Of a stretch of 64,000 bases of DNA, positions 9,578 to 18,576 are shown piece after piece. Within the stretch, counting starts at the first letter, position 1. The number at the start of each line of letters is the position of its first letter. A program made the position numbers and the translations under genes. Under the pieces are notes generated by a model. It worked only from the letters and a program-made list of their open reading frames with translations. It ran no database searches and had not been told where the DNA came from. Source of the DNA: a bacterium (GTDB lineage Bacteria > Zixibacteria > MSB-5A5 > GN15 > FEB-12); NCBI GenBank assembly GCA_043811375.1, contig JBDRNJ010000024.1:54869-118868 (forward strand), given 5' to 3'.

Positions 9578-10689
9578 TTGTGCTCACCTGTCAGACTGAA
9601 TAGTAGTTCTTCAAATTTCCTGGCCGCGTCGTCCCAGTTGAATTTGTCGGCCCAGCGCAATCCGTTCTGTTGAAGATCGGCTCGGAGTTTGTCGTCGGTA
9701 AGAACCTTGATAATCCGGTCGGTCAACTGACCGATGTCACCGTACTTATACAAAAAACCGGTCTGGCCGTCACGGACAGAATCCCTCAAACCGGGCACGT
9801 CGGCCGCGATGACCGGAGTACCCACCGCATTGGATTCAATATTGGTCAGCCCCCAGCCTTCTTTCAACGAAGGCAGCACCGCTACCTGGGCGCAACGCAT
9901 CCGCTCCACCTTCTCCTCCAGCGATACAAACCCGGGAAACTCCACGTCTGCCGTCAGATCGAGTGATGCTGCCAGTTCTATCAGCGGCTGAAGATAATCA
10001 CCGCTGCCGACAACCATCAGCCGGGCGCCGGCAACCTCTCGTCTCACCTGAGCGAAGGCTCGAATAAGATGCTGAATCGATTTGTACTTTTTTATGCGTC
10101 CCAGATACAGTACCGTCGGCCGCTCATACTTTCTTACCGACGTGTCCCGGCTGTAGATATCCCGGTTGATGCCGCAGTGAATCACCGAGATGTCTTCTCT
10201 CGGCACTCCGCGCCTGGCGATATCATCGGCCGTTGATTCCGATATGACATTGAACTTCCGCCCCCGGTAAACCATCACCAGGGGGCGCTCGGCCAGAAAG
10301 ATATAACTTCCCAGGACAAAGTTGATCTCTTTGAAAACGGTGGTGGCAAACAGGTGCGGCACCACCACCAGGGTTTTCAACTTCAAGTACAACGGCGTAT
10401 AGAACGGAATCTTGTTTATGTCTTCGACCAGAACGTCAAACCGGTTCCGGCGGACCAGGCGACGCAAATGAAAGGGTGCTATGAGATTGAAATTATATCG
10501 GTTCCCCCGCCTGATAATGCGGATACCTTCGATGGTATCTTCCGGCGCACAACCCTGATAACCGGAACAGAACAGGGTCACCTGGTGCCCGTAACCAACC
10601 AGTCGCCTCAACAACTCCTCCAGGTGCACTTCCGCACCCCCGGCATAGGGATTGCTCAGGTCGTTCCAGTTGAGGGCCAGGATATTCAT
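9574..10689 (-). CDS. GT4 (GT-B) glycosyltransferase
   Basis: AGGAE, LGRIKKYK and PS.KEGWG...IE..A.GTPV motifs. Confidence 0.92.
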   Translation of the reverse strand: MNILALNWNDLSNPYAGGAEVHLEELLRRLVGYGHQVTLFCSGYQGCAPEDTIEGIRIIRRGNRYNFNLIAPFHLRRLVRRNRFDVLVEDINKIPFYTPLYLKLKTLVVVPHLFATTVFKEINFVLGSYIFLAERPLVMVYRGRKFNVISESTADDIARRGVPREDISVIHCGINRDIYSRDTSVRKYERPTVLYLGRIKKYKSIQHLIRAFAQVRREVAGARLMVVGSGDYLQPLIELAASLDLTADVEFPGFVSLEEKVERMRCAQVAVLPSLKEGWGLTNIESNAVGTPVIAADVPGLRDSVRDGQTGFLYKYGDIGQLTDRIIKVLTDDKLRADLQQNGLRWADKFNWDDAARKFEELLFSLTGEHK

Positions 10690-13600
10690 GAGTCCCGACC
10701 CCTAGCGCTATCGTGAGCAATAATAGCCTTGTCGAGTTCTTGAAGCATCTTTCGTATCTGATCATCCTGCGGATGATCCTCAAGCCATCGTTGCAGAAGC
10801 GACCGCAACGGCAGTGCCTGACTGGTAGCAATGTACAGTCGCGCCAATTCCTGGAAAACCGGCCGGTAAGATGGGTCCTCGGCCAGCAGTTCTCTCAAGA
10901 GTTGTTCGGCCGGGACGTACTGCTTACGGTTCAACTCAGCCTGTCCCAACAGCAACTTCAACCGACGCCTGTCTCCACTGGTGGTACGATCGACCAGAGT
11001 CCGCAACTCGTCCACCTTACCCTGTTCGCCATACAGGTTGGCCAGATACTCCACGGCGCGCGACGAGTAGGGTATTTTCTCAACCGCCCGATGCATCAGT
11101 TCTTCCGCCCGCTGAGTGTCATCGACTCTTCTCAGGGCATTCGCGGTCATCACAAAACCGTTAGCCCAGTTTCTGGTAAGGCGAAAGGTGGTGGCATCCT
11201 GATGAATCGTGGGATCGTTTGCGCCCCGGCAACGGAAACGCAGGGGATTGGTATAGAAATCCCAGCTTTCTTCGATATCCACCCGCTGCGGTTGACCCGG
11301 CTCCTCCACCCGCCACACCATAGCGCTCATAACCAGCAGGGAATCCATTGACCGGCCTTGAAACTTGCGGGCTCCCGAACCTACCGAAATCGCGAAGTGG
11401 ATCGGTACTCGACCGAAGTTGTTGACCATTATGGCGTCGATCACCTGATCCTGCAAACGCATTACCAGCCCGTCGGCACTTCGATAGGGTCGCAGACGAT
11501 CGATATCCTCCTCGCTGAAACCCAATTCAACCCCCATGTTGTTCTGCACCTGCTTGATGTACCACTTGCCGTTGGCCAGCGAAAGGTTGACAACTCTGAC
11601 ATCTCGACGAATGCCGTACACTTCCTGCGCGCACCACAGCGGAAAGGTGTCATTGTCACCGTAAGTGAACATAATGGCATTGGGTTCGGCGGAATCCAGC
11701 AGGTTGAAAGCATAGTCCAACGGGAAGAAATTCCGAGATCGATCGCAGCGATTATAGTTTCCCGCCAGGGCAAAGACAGGCAACAGGAACAGAACCAGAG
11801 ATGACGTCACTATCACGCGACGGGGCGCCGCACTGAAACGAGCTGATGCCTCCCGAATGTACTGAACGGCAATGGCGGCGCCGATACCAATTACCAAACC
11901 GAAAAAGATGAAGGCCGGCGTAAAGAAGTAGTCCCGATCACGAACCTCAATGTAATCGGCGCCGGTTACCGGATGTTGACGGGTACCGTCGGAGAAATTC
12001 ATATACAACACCAGCCCGACCGTACAGATCAGCAGCAGCAACAGCAACGACAGACCTCTCTCCGCCCGGCGGCGAATCACCTCCCAGATACCAAACAGTC
12101 CCAGCAGGAGCAGCACTACGAAACGGGGACCCGTCAGGCCAAATTGATCCTGGAAGAAGTGCCAGAAACCCATCCGGTGGAAATCACCGAACTGGTTGGT
12201 CCATTCGGCGCGTCGCTTGAACATCCGCTCCACCATCGACTGCGATCCATACTGTTTTCGCTCCAGGAAATTGACGGTAGCCTCAAAACCCGCCGAAGGG
12301 TTGTTTTCATTAATCGCCGGTTGCTGCTCCGAACGAATCGGAATGAAGATGTGCACGGAATACCCGGTCGCAGCACAAAGGATAACCAGCAGCGCGGTTT
12401 TCCACTCGGATGATCGTCGGGCCAGACCCAGCAACAGCACCGCCCCGGCGGCTACCCCCAGCCCATAGAAGAACGGGATCACTCCAATCACCACCAGCGA
12501 TACCCCCCCAACGGCAATGACCGCCGCCCACCGGATCCGATGTCGCAGCCAGACAACCAGGATCACAGCCGCTGCGCCGGTGATTATCAAAAACGATGTA
12601 TAACCCTTGGGCGTAAACAGCAGCGCGGTCATCACGGCCGCTGCAATGATAAAACCCGACGAAATCAACTCTGCCCGATGTTGCTGTAGCTGACGTCCCT
12701 GAACGAAGTAGCGGTAAAGCGTATAGAGAGCCCAGACAATTAAGACGGCAAAAGCCACTTTCCCGGCTGCGTTGATTGCACCCATCGCCGACTCGCTCAG
12801 CACCTGTTCGGAACCGGTCCCCGCCAGCCGATTGAGAATAAAACCGATCAGCGGCAGCAATGACAGGACAAATCCCACCCCCACCACCAGCATCCGGGAC
12901 GATACGCGCTCAAACGAAAAAATGTAAAACAGGTAGATCAACAGGACGATAAATACCGGAAGGTAATAAGGAATCTCTCCCGGTCGGGATGACAGGGCGA
13001 AAATCAGGTATAACACAAAGGCAACAAATATAGCGGTGCCGAACCAGACCCCGGCACCGGCCTTTTTCTTGAGCAGAAAAAAGATGGCCGCCACCGGCAC
13101 CACCAGAAAAGCGCTCATGTGCACGCCGATACCGAGAAAACCGAGGTAGAAGATCAAACAGATAGTTCGATCGCCCGCCCTGGTTCCCCTCTGGTCGGCA
13201 TACTTAAGAGTCAGCCATACCATAACTGTCATCAGTAACATGGTCAGGCCGTAGACCTCGGCCTCTACCGAGTTGATCCAGTTGGTGAAGCTGAAAGCCA
13301 CAAACAGCGCCCCCGAAGCGCTTCCGGCGTAGATCAGCAGGCGACTCAGCGCCGACCGATCGGTTCCGAACCAACCGCGCAGGATTCGAGCCGCCGTCAG
13401 GTACCCGAAAAGAGCTGTCCCGGAAGAGCAGACTACCGACAGGTAGTTGATTCTGACGGCGATATCCGACGCCAGCGGCAGCAGGCTGAACACCCGGCCC
13501 AGTAGTATGTACGTCGGTGAACCGGGAGGATGCGGCAGGCCCAGGATGTAGCCGGTGGCAATAAACTCACCGCAATCCCAGAACGAAAACGTGGGCGCTA

Positions 13601-13694
13601 CCGTCAGGGCATAAACAATCAGACTGGTCAGCCAGACGCCAAGAGCGACCAGAGCGTGGGGAATGTCTATCTTTTTTCTAAGAGCGTCTTCCAT
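10686..13694 (-). CDS. DUF2723 / TMEM260-like GT-C membrane glycosyltransferase with C-terminal TPRs
   Basis: FWDCGEF, PHPPG.P, EAEVY, R.RDYFF, GDNDTFPLW..QEV.G.R.DV and terminal TPR-like helices. Confidence 0.88.
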   Translation of the reverse strand: MEDALRKKIDIPHALVALGVWLTSLIVYALTVAPTFSFWDCGEFIATGYILGLPHPPGSPTYILLGRVFSLLPLASDIAVRINYLSVVCSSGTALFGYLTAARILRGWFGTDRSALSRLLIYAGSASGALFVAFSFTNWINSVEAEVYGLTMLLMTVMVWLTLKYADQRGTRAGDRTICLIFYLGFLGIGVHMSAFLVVPVAAIFFLLKKKAGAGVWFGTAIFVAFVLYLIFALSSRPGEIPYYLPVFIVLLIYLFYIFSFERVSSRMLVVGVGFVLSLLPLIGFILNRLAGTGSEQVLSESAMGAINAAGKVAFAVLIVWALYTLYRYFVQGRQLQQHRAELISSGFIIAAAVMTALLFTPKGYTSFLIITGAAAVILVVWLRHRIRWAAVIAVGGVSLVVIGVIPFFYGLGVAAGAVLLLGLARRSSEWKTALLVILCAATGYSVHIFIPIRSEQQPAINENNPSAGFEATVNFLERKQYGSQSMVERMFKRRAEWTNQFGDFHRMGFWHFFQDQFGLTGPRFVVLLLLGLFGIWEVIRRRAERGLSLLLLLLICTVGLVLYMNFSDGTRQHPVTGADYIEVRDRDYFFTPAFIFFGLVIGIGAAIAVQYIREASARFSAAPRRVIVTSSLVLFLLPVFALAGNYNRCDRSRNFFPLDYAFNLLDSAEPNAIMFTYGDNDTFPLWCAQEVYGIRRDVRVVNLSLANGKWYIKQVQNNMGVELGFSEEDIDRLRPYRSADGLVMRLQDQVIDAIMVNNFGRVPIHFAISVGSGARKFQGRSMDSLLVMSAMVWRVEEPGQPQRVDIEESWDFYTNPLRFRCRGANDPTIHQDATTFRLTRNWANGFVMTANALRRVDDTQRAEELMHRAVEKIPYSSRAVEYLANLYGEQGKVDELRTLVDRTTSGDRRRLKLLLGQAELNRKQYVPAEQLLRELLAEDPSYRPVFQELARLYIATSQALPLRSLLQRWLEDHPQDDQIRKMLQELDKAIIAHDSARGRDS

Positions 13695-13708
13695 CCATCA
13701 GCCATCGT

Positions 13709-13892
13709 GTAGCGGCGGGCCTTGTGTCCGCCACCGACCAAGTGAAGTGCAGGTCGAAACCCTTGTGGTTTCGACATCTTAATCCTGTGCGCGGCGTACG
13801 TCCTCGTGCGCCGCGTAAATCGATAATGGGGCAGATGGGAACATCTGCCGCCCACGAATCGTTCCGTAGGTCGGAACCCATGCGGTTTCGAC
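13709..13892. repeat. Cluster of five REP-like palindromes
   Basis: Hairpins with GTAG/GCAG/GTGC/GTGG feet at 13709-13732, 13749-13775, 13787-13814, 13826-13857 (reverse) and 13866-13892. Relatives occur at 43689 and about 55756. Confidence 0.7.
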
Positions 13893-14130
13893 TTTTTTTT
13901 AGCATAGCAAATCTCAACGAAACCCGTCCTGCCATGCTAAGGTTTGCGAATATAATGGATTGAAACGCTGAGGCCAACCTGTTTTAACGGTCAGGCAACA
14001 AAGCGTCCTTATGAGAAATCCGACATGGTGGATTCAATCGGAAGCACACTTGTACTTGTACTCCACCTGTCGGAGCGAATAAGACACATTTCCAGTGACA
14101 AGAAAATCTCAGAGTTGCAGAATTATCGTT

Positions 14131-14556
14131 CTACTCGCCTCCCCCCCGCCTTTTCACCCACGCATCTAATATGCCGTTAACAAAACCGGGTGACTTGGAC
14201 GTGGAAAATTTGCGGGCCAGCTCGATCGCTTCGTTGAGAACAACCTTCATCGGCGTGTCCGGGACGTGCTCCAGCTCCACCAGCGCCAGGCGCAGAATAG
14301 CCCTGTCGATAGCTGCCATACGCTCAACATCCCAGTGCTCGGCCAACCCGGCCAGTTGCTGATCGGCCCAGTCACCATGCTGATTGACCAGCGTCAACAT
14401 TTCCCGCGCAAACCGGACGTTCTTCTCAGATAGCGGCTGTTCCTTAACCAGGTTGATCAGATTCGATTCCGCCGATACCTCTCCGCATTCGGCCGCATAC
14501 AACGCCTGAAGGATCAGTTCGCGGGACAGACGCCTTGGCGAGATCCTGTCAGTCAC
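14131..14556 (-). CDS. nusB: Transcription antitermination factor NusB
   Basis: RR.SRE..LQALY, W...R...[16 protein letters not shown] and FVNGILD motifs. Confidence 0.96.
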   Translation of the reverse strand: MTDRISPRRLSRELILQALYAAECGEVSAESNLINLVKEQPLSEKNVRFAREMLTLVNQHGDWADQQLAGLAEHWDVERMAAIDRAILRLALVELEHVPDTPMKVVLNEAIELARKFSTSKSPGFVNGILDAWVKRRGGGE

Positions 14557-15023
14557 TCCATCGCTCGATACAGGTTGACCATTTCCAGCGCCGCTTCGGC
14601 CGCCTGCCAGCCCTTGTTGCCGGCTTTGGTGCCGGACCGTTCAATCGCCTGCTCCAGGGTGTCCGCCGTCACCAGACCATATATTACCGGCACGCCGGTA
14701 TCCAGCGCGACCCGGGCGATACCTTTGGAAGCCTCGCCGGCGATAAAGTCAAAGTGCGGCGTATCGCCGCGCACCAGCGCGCCTAAACAAACGACGGCAT
14801 CATAGGAGCCGGACTTGGCCATCTTTGCCGCCACGTATGGTATCTCGAACGCCCCCGGCACGTAGGCCACCGACAGTCGGCCTTCCTCGGTACCATGTCG
14901 TTTCAGGCAGTCGACGGCTCCCTCCAGCAGCTTGTCGGTCAGGAAGTTGTTGAACCGGCTGACAATCAAGCCAAATGCCAGCCCCTCCCCATCCAGCTTG
15001 CCCTCGAATACTTTGTAGTTCAC
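14553..15023 (-). CDS. ribH: 6,7-dimethyl-8-ribityllumazine synthase
   Basis: [20 protein letters not shown] and [13 protein letters not shown] motifs. Confidence 0.98.
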   Translation of the reverse strand: MNYKVFEGKLDGEGLAFGLIVSRFNNFLTDKLLEGAVDCLKRHGTEEGRLSVAYVPGAFEIPYVAAKMAKSGSYDAVVCLGALVRGDTPHFDFIAGEASKGIARVALDTGVPVIYGLVTADTLEQAIERSGTKAGNKGWQAAEAALEMVNLYRAME

Positions 15024-15038
15024 GAGATTTCTTCCCTT

Positions 15039-16253
15039 CTATTTGAGTTTCAATATATGTCCCATCTTGTCCCGCTTGGTCTGCAGGTAATCGTGATTGT
15101 ACCGACCGGGTTCCACCTCCAGTGCAACGCGTTCGGTAATCTCTAATCCGTAACCCTGAAGGCCGACCACTTTTTTGGGATTATTGGTCAATATCCGGAT
15201 CGAACTGAGACCAAGATCAACCAGGATCTGCGCCCCGATACCGTAGTCACGAAGATCCGCCTTGAAACCAAGATCATGATTGGCCTGCACCGTATCGCGT
15301 CCGTGTTCCTGCAACTGGTAGGCGAGAATCTTGTTGGCCAGACCGATTCCCCGTCCTTCCTGACGCATGTAGAGAATCACACCCAGACCTTCCCTGTCGA
15401 CGCATTCCATCGCCCGATGCAGTTGCGTACCGCAATCACAGCGTTGCGAACCGAAGACATCACCGGTCAGACAACTGGAATGCACCCTGACCAGCACGTC
15501 TTTTTTACCGGCCACGTCACCCCTGGTCAACGCCAGATGGTGATGTTTGTCGATGTCCGATTCATACAGGTGCAGTTTGAATTCACCGTGCGCGGTAGGA
15601 AAATCAACGACCGTTACTTTGCGCACCAGCTTCTCGTGTTGCCGGCGGTACTCAATCAGATCACGGACAGTGATAAACTTCAGGCCGTACTCGCGGGCCA
15701 TCTCGTGCAAACGCGGCACCCGCGCCATCGAGCCGTCATCGTCCAAAATCTCACACAAGACCGCCACCGACTTCAGTCCGGCCATTCGCGCCAGATCAAC
15801 CGACGCTTCGGTATGTCCGGCCCGAACCAGCACCCCGCCCGGCAGCGCCTTGATGGGAAACACGTGGCCCGGTCGGGCCAGATCATCCGGCCGGGTGTTT
15901 TCATCGACCAGGGCCTTGATAGTCACCGCCCGATCCGATGCCGATATGCCGGTGGTGGTGCCGTCGACAGCGTCCACGGATACCGTGAAGCGCGTACCGT
16001 GTTTGGCAGTGTTATGTTCCACCATAGAATGTAATTGCAATTCCTCAATCCGCTCCTGCGGCATGCAAACGCAGATAAGACCGCGGCCATGAGTGGCAAA
16101 GAAATTCACCGCCTGGGGAGTGATCTTCTCGGCAGCCATGATAAGATCGCCTTCGTTTTCACGGTCCTCATCATCGGCCACAATTACGAACTTGCCGGCC
16201 CGAATGTCCTCGATGGCATCGGGAATGGAGTCAAACCTGATATTGTTGTTCAT
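15039..16253 (-). CDS. ribBA: Bifunctional DHBP synthase / GTP cyclohydrolase II
   Basis: DDEDRENEGD, RAGHTEA, RVHS.CLTGDVFGS.RCDCG and QEGRGIGL motifs. Start could be 16259 or 16262. Confidence 0.97.
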   Translation of the reverse strand: MNNNIRFDSIPDAIEDIRAGKFVIVADDEDRENEGDLIMAAEKITPQAVNFFATHGRGLICVCMPQERIEELQLHSMVEHNTAKHGTRFTVSVDAVDGTTTGISASDRAVTIKALVDENTRPDDLARPGHVFPIKALPGGVLVRAGHTEASVDLARMAGLKSVAVLCEILDDDGSMARVPRLHEMAREYGLKFITVRDLIEYRRQHEKLVRKVTVVDFPTAHGEFKLHLYESDIDKHHHLALTRGDVAGKKDVLVRVHSSCLTGDVFGSQRCDCGTQLHRAMECVDREGLGVILYMRQEGRGIGLANKILAYQLQEHGRDTVQANHDLGFKADLRDYGIGAQILVDLGLSSIRILTNNPKKVVGLQGYGLEITERVALEVEPGRYNHDYLQTKRDKMGHILKLK

Positions 16254-16255
16254 AT

Positions 16256-16891
16256 TCACCATCCGCTATCAATCAGTTTCTCTTTCGTAATCATACCCTT
16301 GCCCTGCGCTTCCTGCTGTTTCAGTACGTACTTGCCGATTATGTCGAACTCCAGGTTGACCTGCGATCCGGGTCGGAGAATTCCCAGAGTCGTTTCTTTC
16401 ATAGTGAAGGGAATTACATTGACGTTAAACCAGCCTCTACGGCATTCATTGACCGTCAGTGAAACACCGTTGATGGCAATAGAACCTTTGGGAACCACCA
16501 GTTGATCGTGGCGTTTGTCAAACTTCACCGCCAGCACAACCGACTCTCCAACCGATCGGACCTGATCGATTATACCGGTGCCATCTACGTGACCGCTTAC
16601 AAAATGTCCCCCCAGTCGGACACCCGCCTTGAGCGCCCGCTCCAGATTGACCCGCCTTCCGGCAGTGTAGCCGTTGAGTATGGTGACGGCGGCAGATTCC
16701 TGCGACGCCTCCACGTCGAACCGCTCTCCCCCCGCAGCCACCACCGTCAAGCAGGCACCATCAACGGCGATTGACTCGCCGGGTGTCGGCTCACCGTCGG
16801 AGAAAACAGCCTGCACCGACAGCACCCGATAATTGCCGCGACGGTTCATCCGGGCGATAGTGCCTACAGTCTCAATCAAACCGGTAAACAT
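16256..16891 (-). CDS. ribE: Riboflavin synthase
   Basis: MFTGLIE start (TGATG overlap with ribD), VNLERAL, GGHFVSGHVD and KGSIAINGVSLT motifs. Confidence 0.96.
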   Translation of the reverse strand: MFTGLIETVGTIARMNRRGNYRVLSVQAVFSDGEPTPGESIAVDGACLTVVAAGGERFDVEASQESAAVTILNGYTAGRRVNLERALKAGVRLGGHFVSGHVDGTGIIDQVRSVGESVVLAVKFDKRHDQLVVPKGSIAINGVSLTVNECRRGWFNVNVIPFTMKETTLGILRPGSQVNLEFDIIGKYVLKQQEAQGKGMITKEKLIDSGW

Positions 16892-18003
16892 CAATCCACC
16901 TTCCGCTTCGGATAACCGACAAAAACATAGTCCCGGCCACACTTTTCAAACGAACAGCGTTCAAAAGCCACAGCCTCTGCCAGCTTCTTCACCCCCATAT
17001 CGCCAACGGCACTAATGCCGTCACCTACCACGATGGGAGCCGTGATCAGTACGCACTTGTCAACCAGTCCCGCTTTCAGAAACGACGTCGCCAGGCGGTT
17101 GCCGCCTTCCACCAGCAGGGACCGCATACCAAACTCACCGCAGTGAGCCAGCAGTTCATGCAAATCAACCAGGCCGTTTCGGTCGGCAGACAGACCCCAC
17201 CAGATCAAGTTCGCTCGGCGGCACCGGTTCGTAATAGCCGACTTCTGAAGCAACCGCCGATTGGCGGCAACAATCGTCTTACCGTCATCAATATCGTCGA
17301 GAAGACCGCACCGCCGAGGAAACCGAAGGCTGGCGGACAGGATAATACGATACGGGTTTTCTCCCCTGACTCGCCTGACCGTCAGAGCCGGGTTGTCGTT
17401 TCTGACGGTTCCCATACCAACCATCACTGCATCGGCTTCGGCTCGCAACCGGTGCGCCAGTCGCAGTGATTCTTTTCCCGATATCCACTTGGAATCGCCG
17501 CCGACAGTGGCAATGCGACCATCAAGAGTTTGGGCCATCTTCAGAATTACCAGCGGCCGTCCGTACCGGTGATAATGGAAGTAACCTTCGTTGAGCGCCA
17601 CAGCCGCTTGTTTGAGTAATCCTCTTTCAACCCGCACACCGGCTCGTTGCAGTTGCCGTGCCCCCTTTCCCATAACTCGGCGATCACTATCCCTGACCGA
17701 GTAAACAACCCGGAAAATTCCAGCCTGCACAATTGTTTCCGTACAGGGACCGGTGCGACCGGTATGACAGCAGGGTTCCAGGTTGACGTAGAGCGTTCCG
17801 CCTTGTGCTTTTGCCCCGGCTTTTCTCAGTGCCACTCTCTCGGCGTGGTCCCGACCCGGACCGCGATGATACCCTTCGCCGACAATAACGCCCCGGCGCA
17901 CGACAACCGCCCCCACCGTAGGGTTGGGCGAAGTTCGCCCCTTTCCCCGTTGGGCCAGACTAAGCGCCCGGCGCATATAAAACTCATCAGTATGTTCGGC
18001 CAT
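16891..18003 (-). CDS. ribD: Riboflavin biosynthesis deaminase/reductase RibD
   Basis: PNP.VG, HAE, LEPCCH.GRT.PC, TLDGRIA and VEGG motifs. Alternative GTG start at 18033. Confidence 0.96.
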   Translation of the reverse strand: MAEHTDEFYMRRALSLAQRGKGRTSPNPTVGAVVVRRGVIVGEGYHRGPGRDHAERVALRKAGAKAQGGTLYVNLEPCCHTGRTGPCTETIVQAGIFRVVYSVRDSDRRVMGKGARQLQRAGVRVERGLLKQAAVALNEGYFHYHRYGRPLVILKMAQTLDGRIATVGGDSKWISGKESLRLAHRLRAEADAVMVGMGTVRNDNPALTVRRVRGENPYRIILSASLRFPRRCGLLDDIDDGKTIVAANRRLLQKSAITNRCRRANLIWWGLSADRNGLVDLHELLAHCGEFGMRSLLVEGGNRLATSFLKAGLVDKCVLITAPIVVGDGISAVGDMGVKKLAEAVAFERCSFEKCGRDYVFVGYPKRKVD

Positions 18004-18030
18004 AAAAAAAACCCGAAACATACTTCGGGG
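18004..18030 (-). terminator. Intrinsic terminator (expression platform of the FMN riboswitch)
   Basis: CCCGAAG-TATG-TTTCGGG followed by T8. Its 5' arm CCCCGAAG is complementary to CTTCGGGG at the aptamer 5' end. Confidence 0.8.
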
Positions 18031-18065
18031 CACACGTACCCTGATAACAGGTACACCTATGCTTT

Positions 18066-18183
18066 TTCTTCTCTCATCCGGACTATACCGTCGGCGCCTG
18101 AATTACACAGGCTCAACCGGGAATTTCCCAGCTCGCGGGCTGTCACCGCCGGTCGAGGAATTTCACCTCACCCCGAAGATATT
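18066..18183 (-). promoter_or_regulatory. FMN riboswitch (RFN element)
   Basis: ATCTTCGGGGTGAGGTGAAATTCCTCGACCGGCGGT...AGCCCGCGAGC...GCCGACGGTATAGTCCGGATGAGAGAAG directly upstream of the rib operon. Confidence 0.96.
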
Positions 18184-18189
18184 TCGGAC

Positions 18190-18217
18190 AATATAGTGCC
18201 TGGCCGGAAAAAGGCAA
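18190..18217 (-). promoter_or_regulatory. Sigma70-type promoter of the rib operon
   Basis: TTGCCT-N16-TATATT. The predicted start site coincides with the riboswitch 5' end. Confidence 0.55.
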
Positions 18218-18342
18218 TGCCTTTTTGTAACGGACTTGCAACGCGGTCAGGCCGAGAAAGGCAGTCCCAAAAGATCCATAAGTGCTGTTCCGGACGCCAG
18301 AGTGGTCATGCTGAGCGGAGTCGCTGGGTGGCCCACCTTTAA

Positions 18343-18464
18343 GGGCTTGTTGATAAACATAACAAACGTCATAGCGAGGAGCGAAGCGACGTGGCTATCA
18401 TCGTTGACATTCAATATCCGAGATTGCCACGCTGTCGCTCGCAATGACGTGAATGGGGCTTTTT
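18343..18464. mobile_element. MITE family A copy (one end truncated) carrying a GTCAT(T/A)GCGAG...CTCGC(A/T)ATGAC palindrome
   Basis: Near-identical reverse complement of 55349-55698 once the nested insert there is removed. Keeps the GGGCTTGTTGATAAA end and lacks the last 10 bp of the other end. Confidence 0.75.
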
Positions 18465-18530
18465 TACGCGCGGTCAGGAATCCTTTCCTGACCACACCGA
18501 ATGTAGCCGTCACGAAAGGATTCGAGATGG
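18462..18530. repeat. Double-hairpin REP-like unit (uninterrupted copy)
   Basis: GGTCAGGAA-TCCT-TTCCTGACC plus GCCGTCACGAAAGGATTCGAGATGGC. A near-identical copy starts at about 55816. Confidence 0.7.
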
Positions 18531-18576
18531 CGCAAGAAAAGAGAGGCCGTTGAGTCAGGGTAAAAGAGATGACCGC

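Noticed and set aside
13899..13940. CIRCE-like TTAGCA...TGCTAA
   Set aside because: It spans 42 bp rather than 27, lacks the inner CTC/GAG, and is not near heat-shock genes.
18236..18553. Short ORFs over repeat regions (also 22169-22655, 55495-55701, 13667-13977)
   Set aside because: They translate MITE/REP DNA (e.g. the shared 'SLLAMTFVMF') and show no RBS or transposase motifs.
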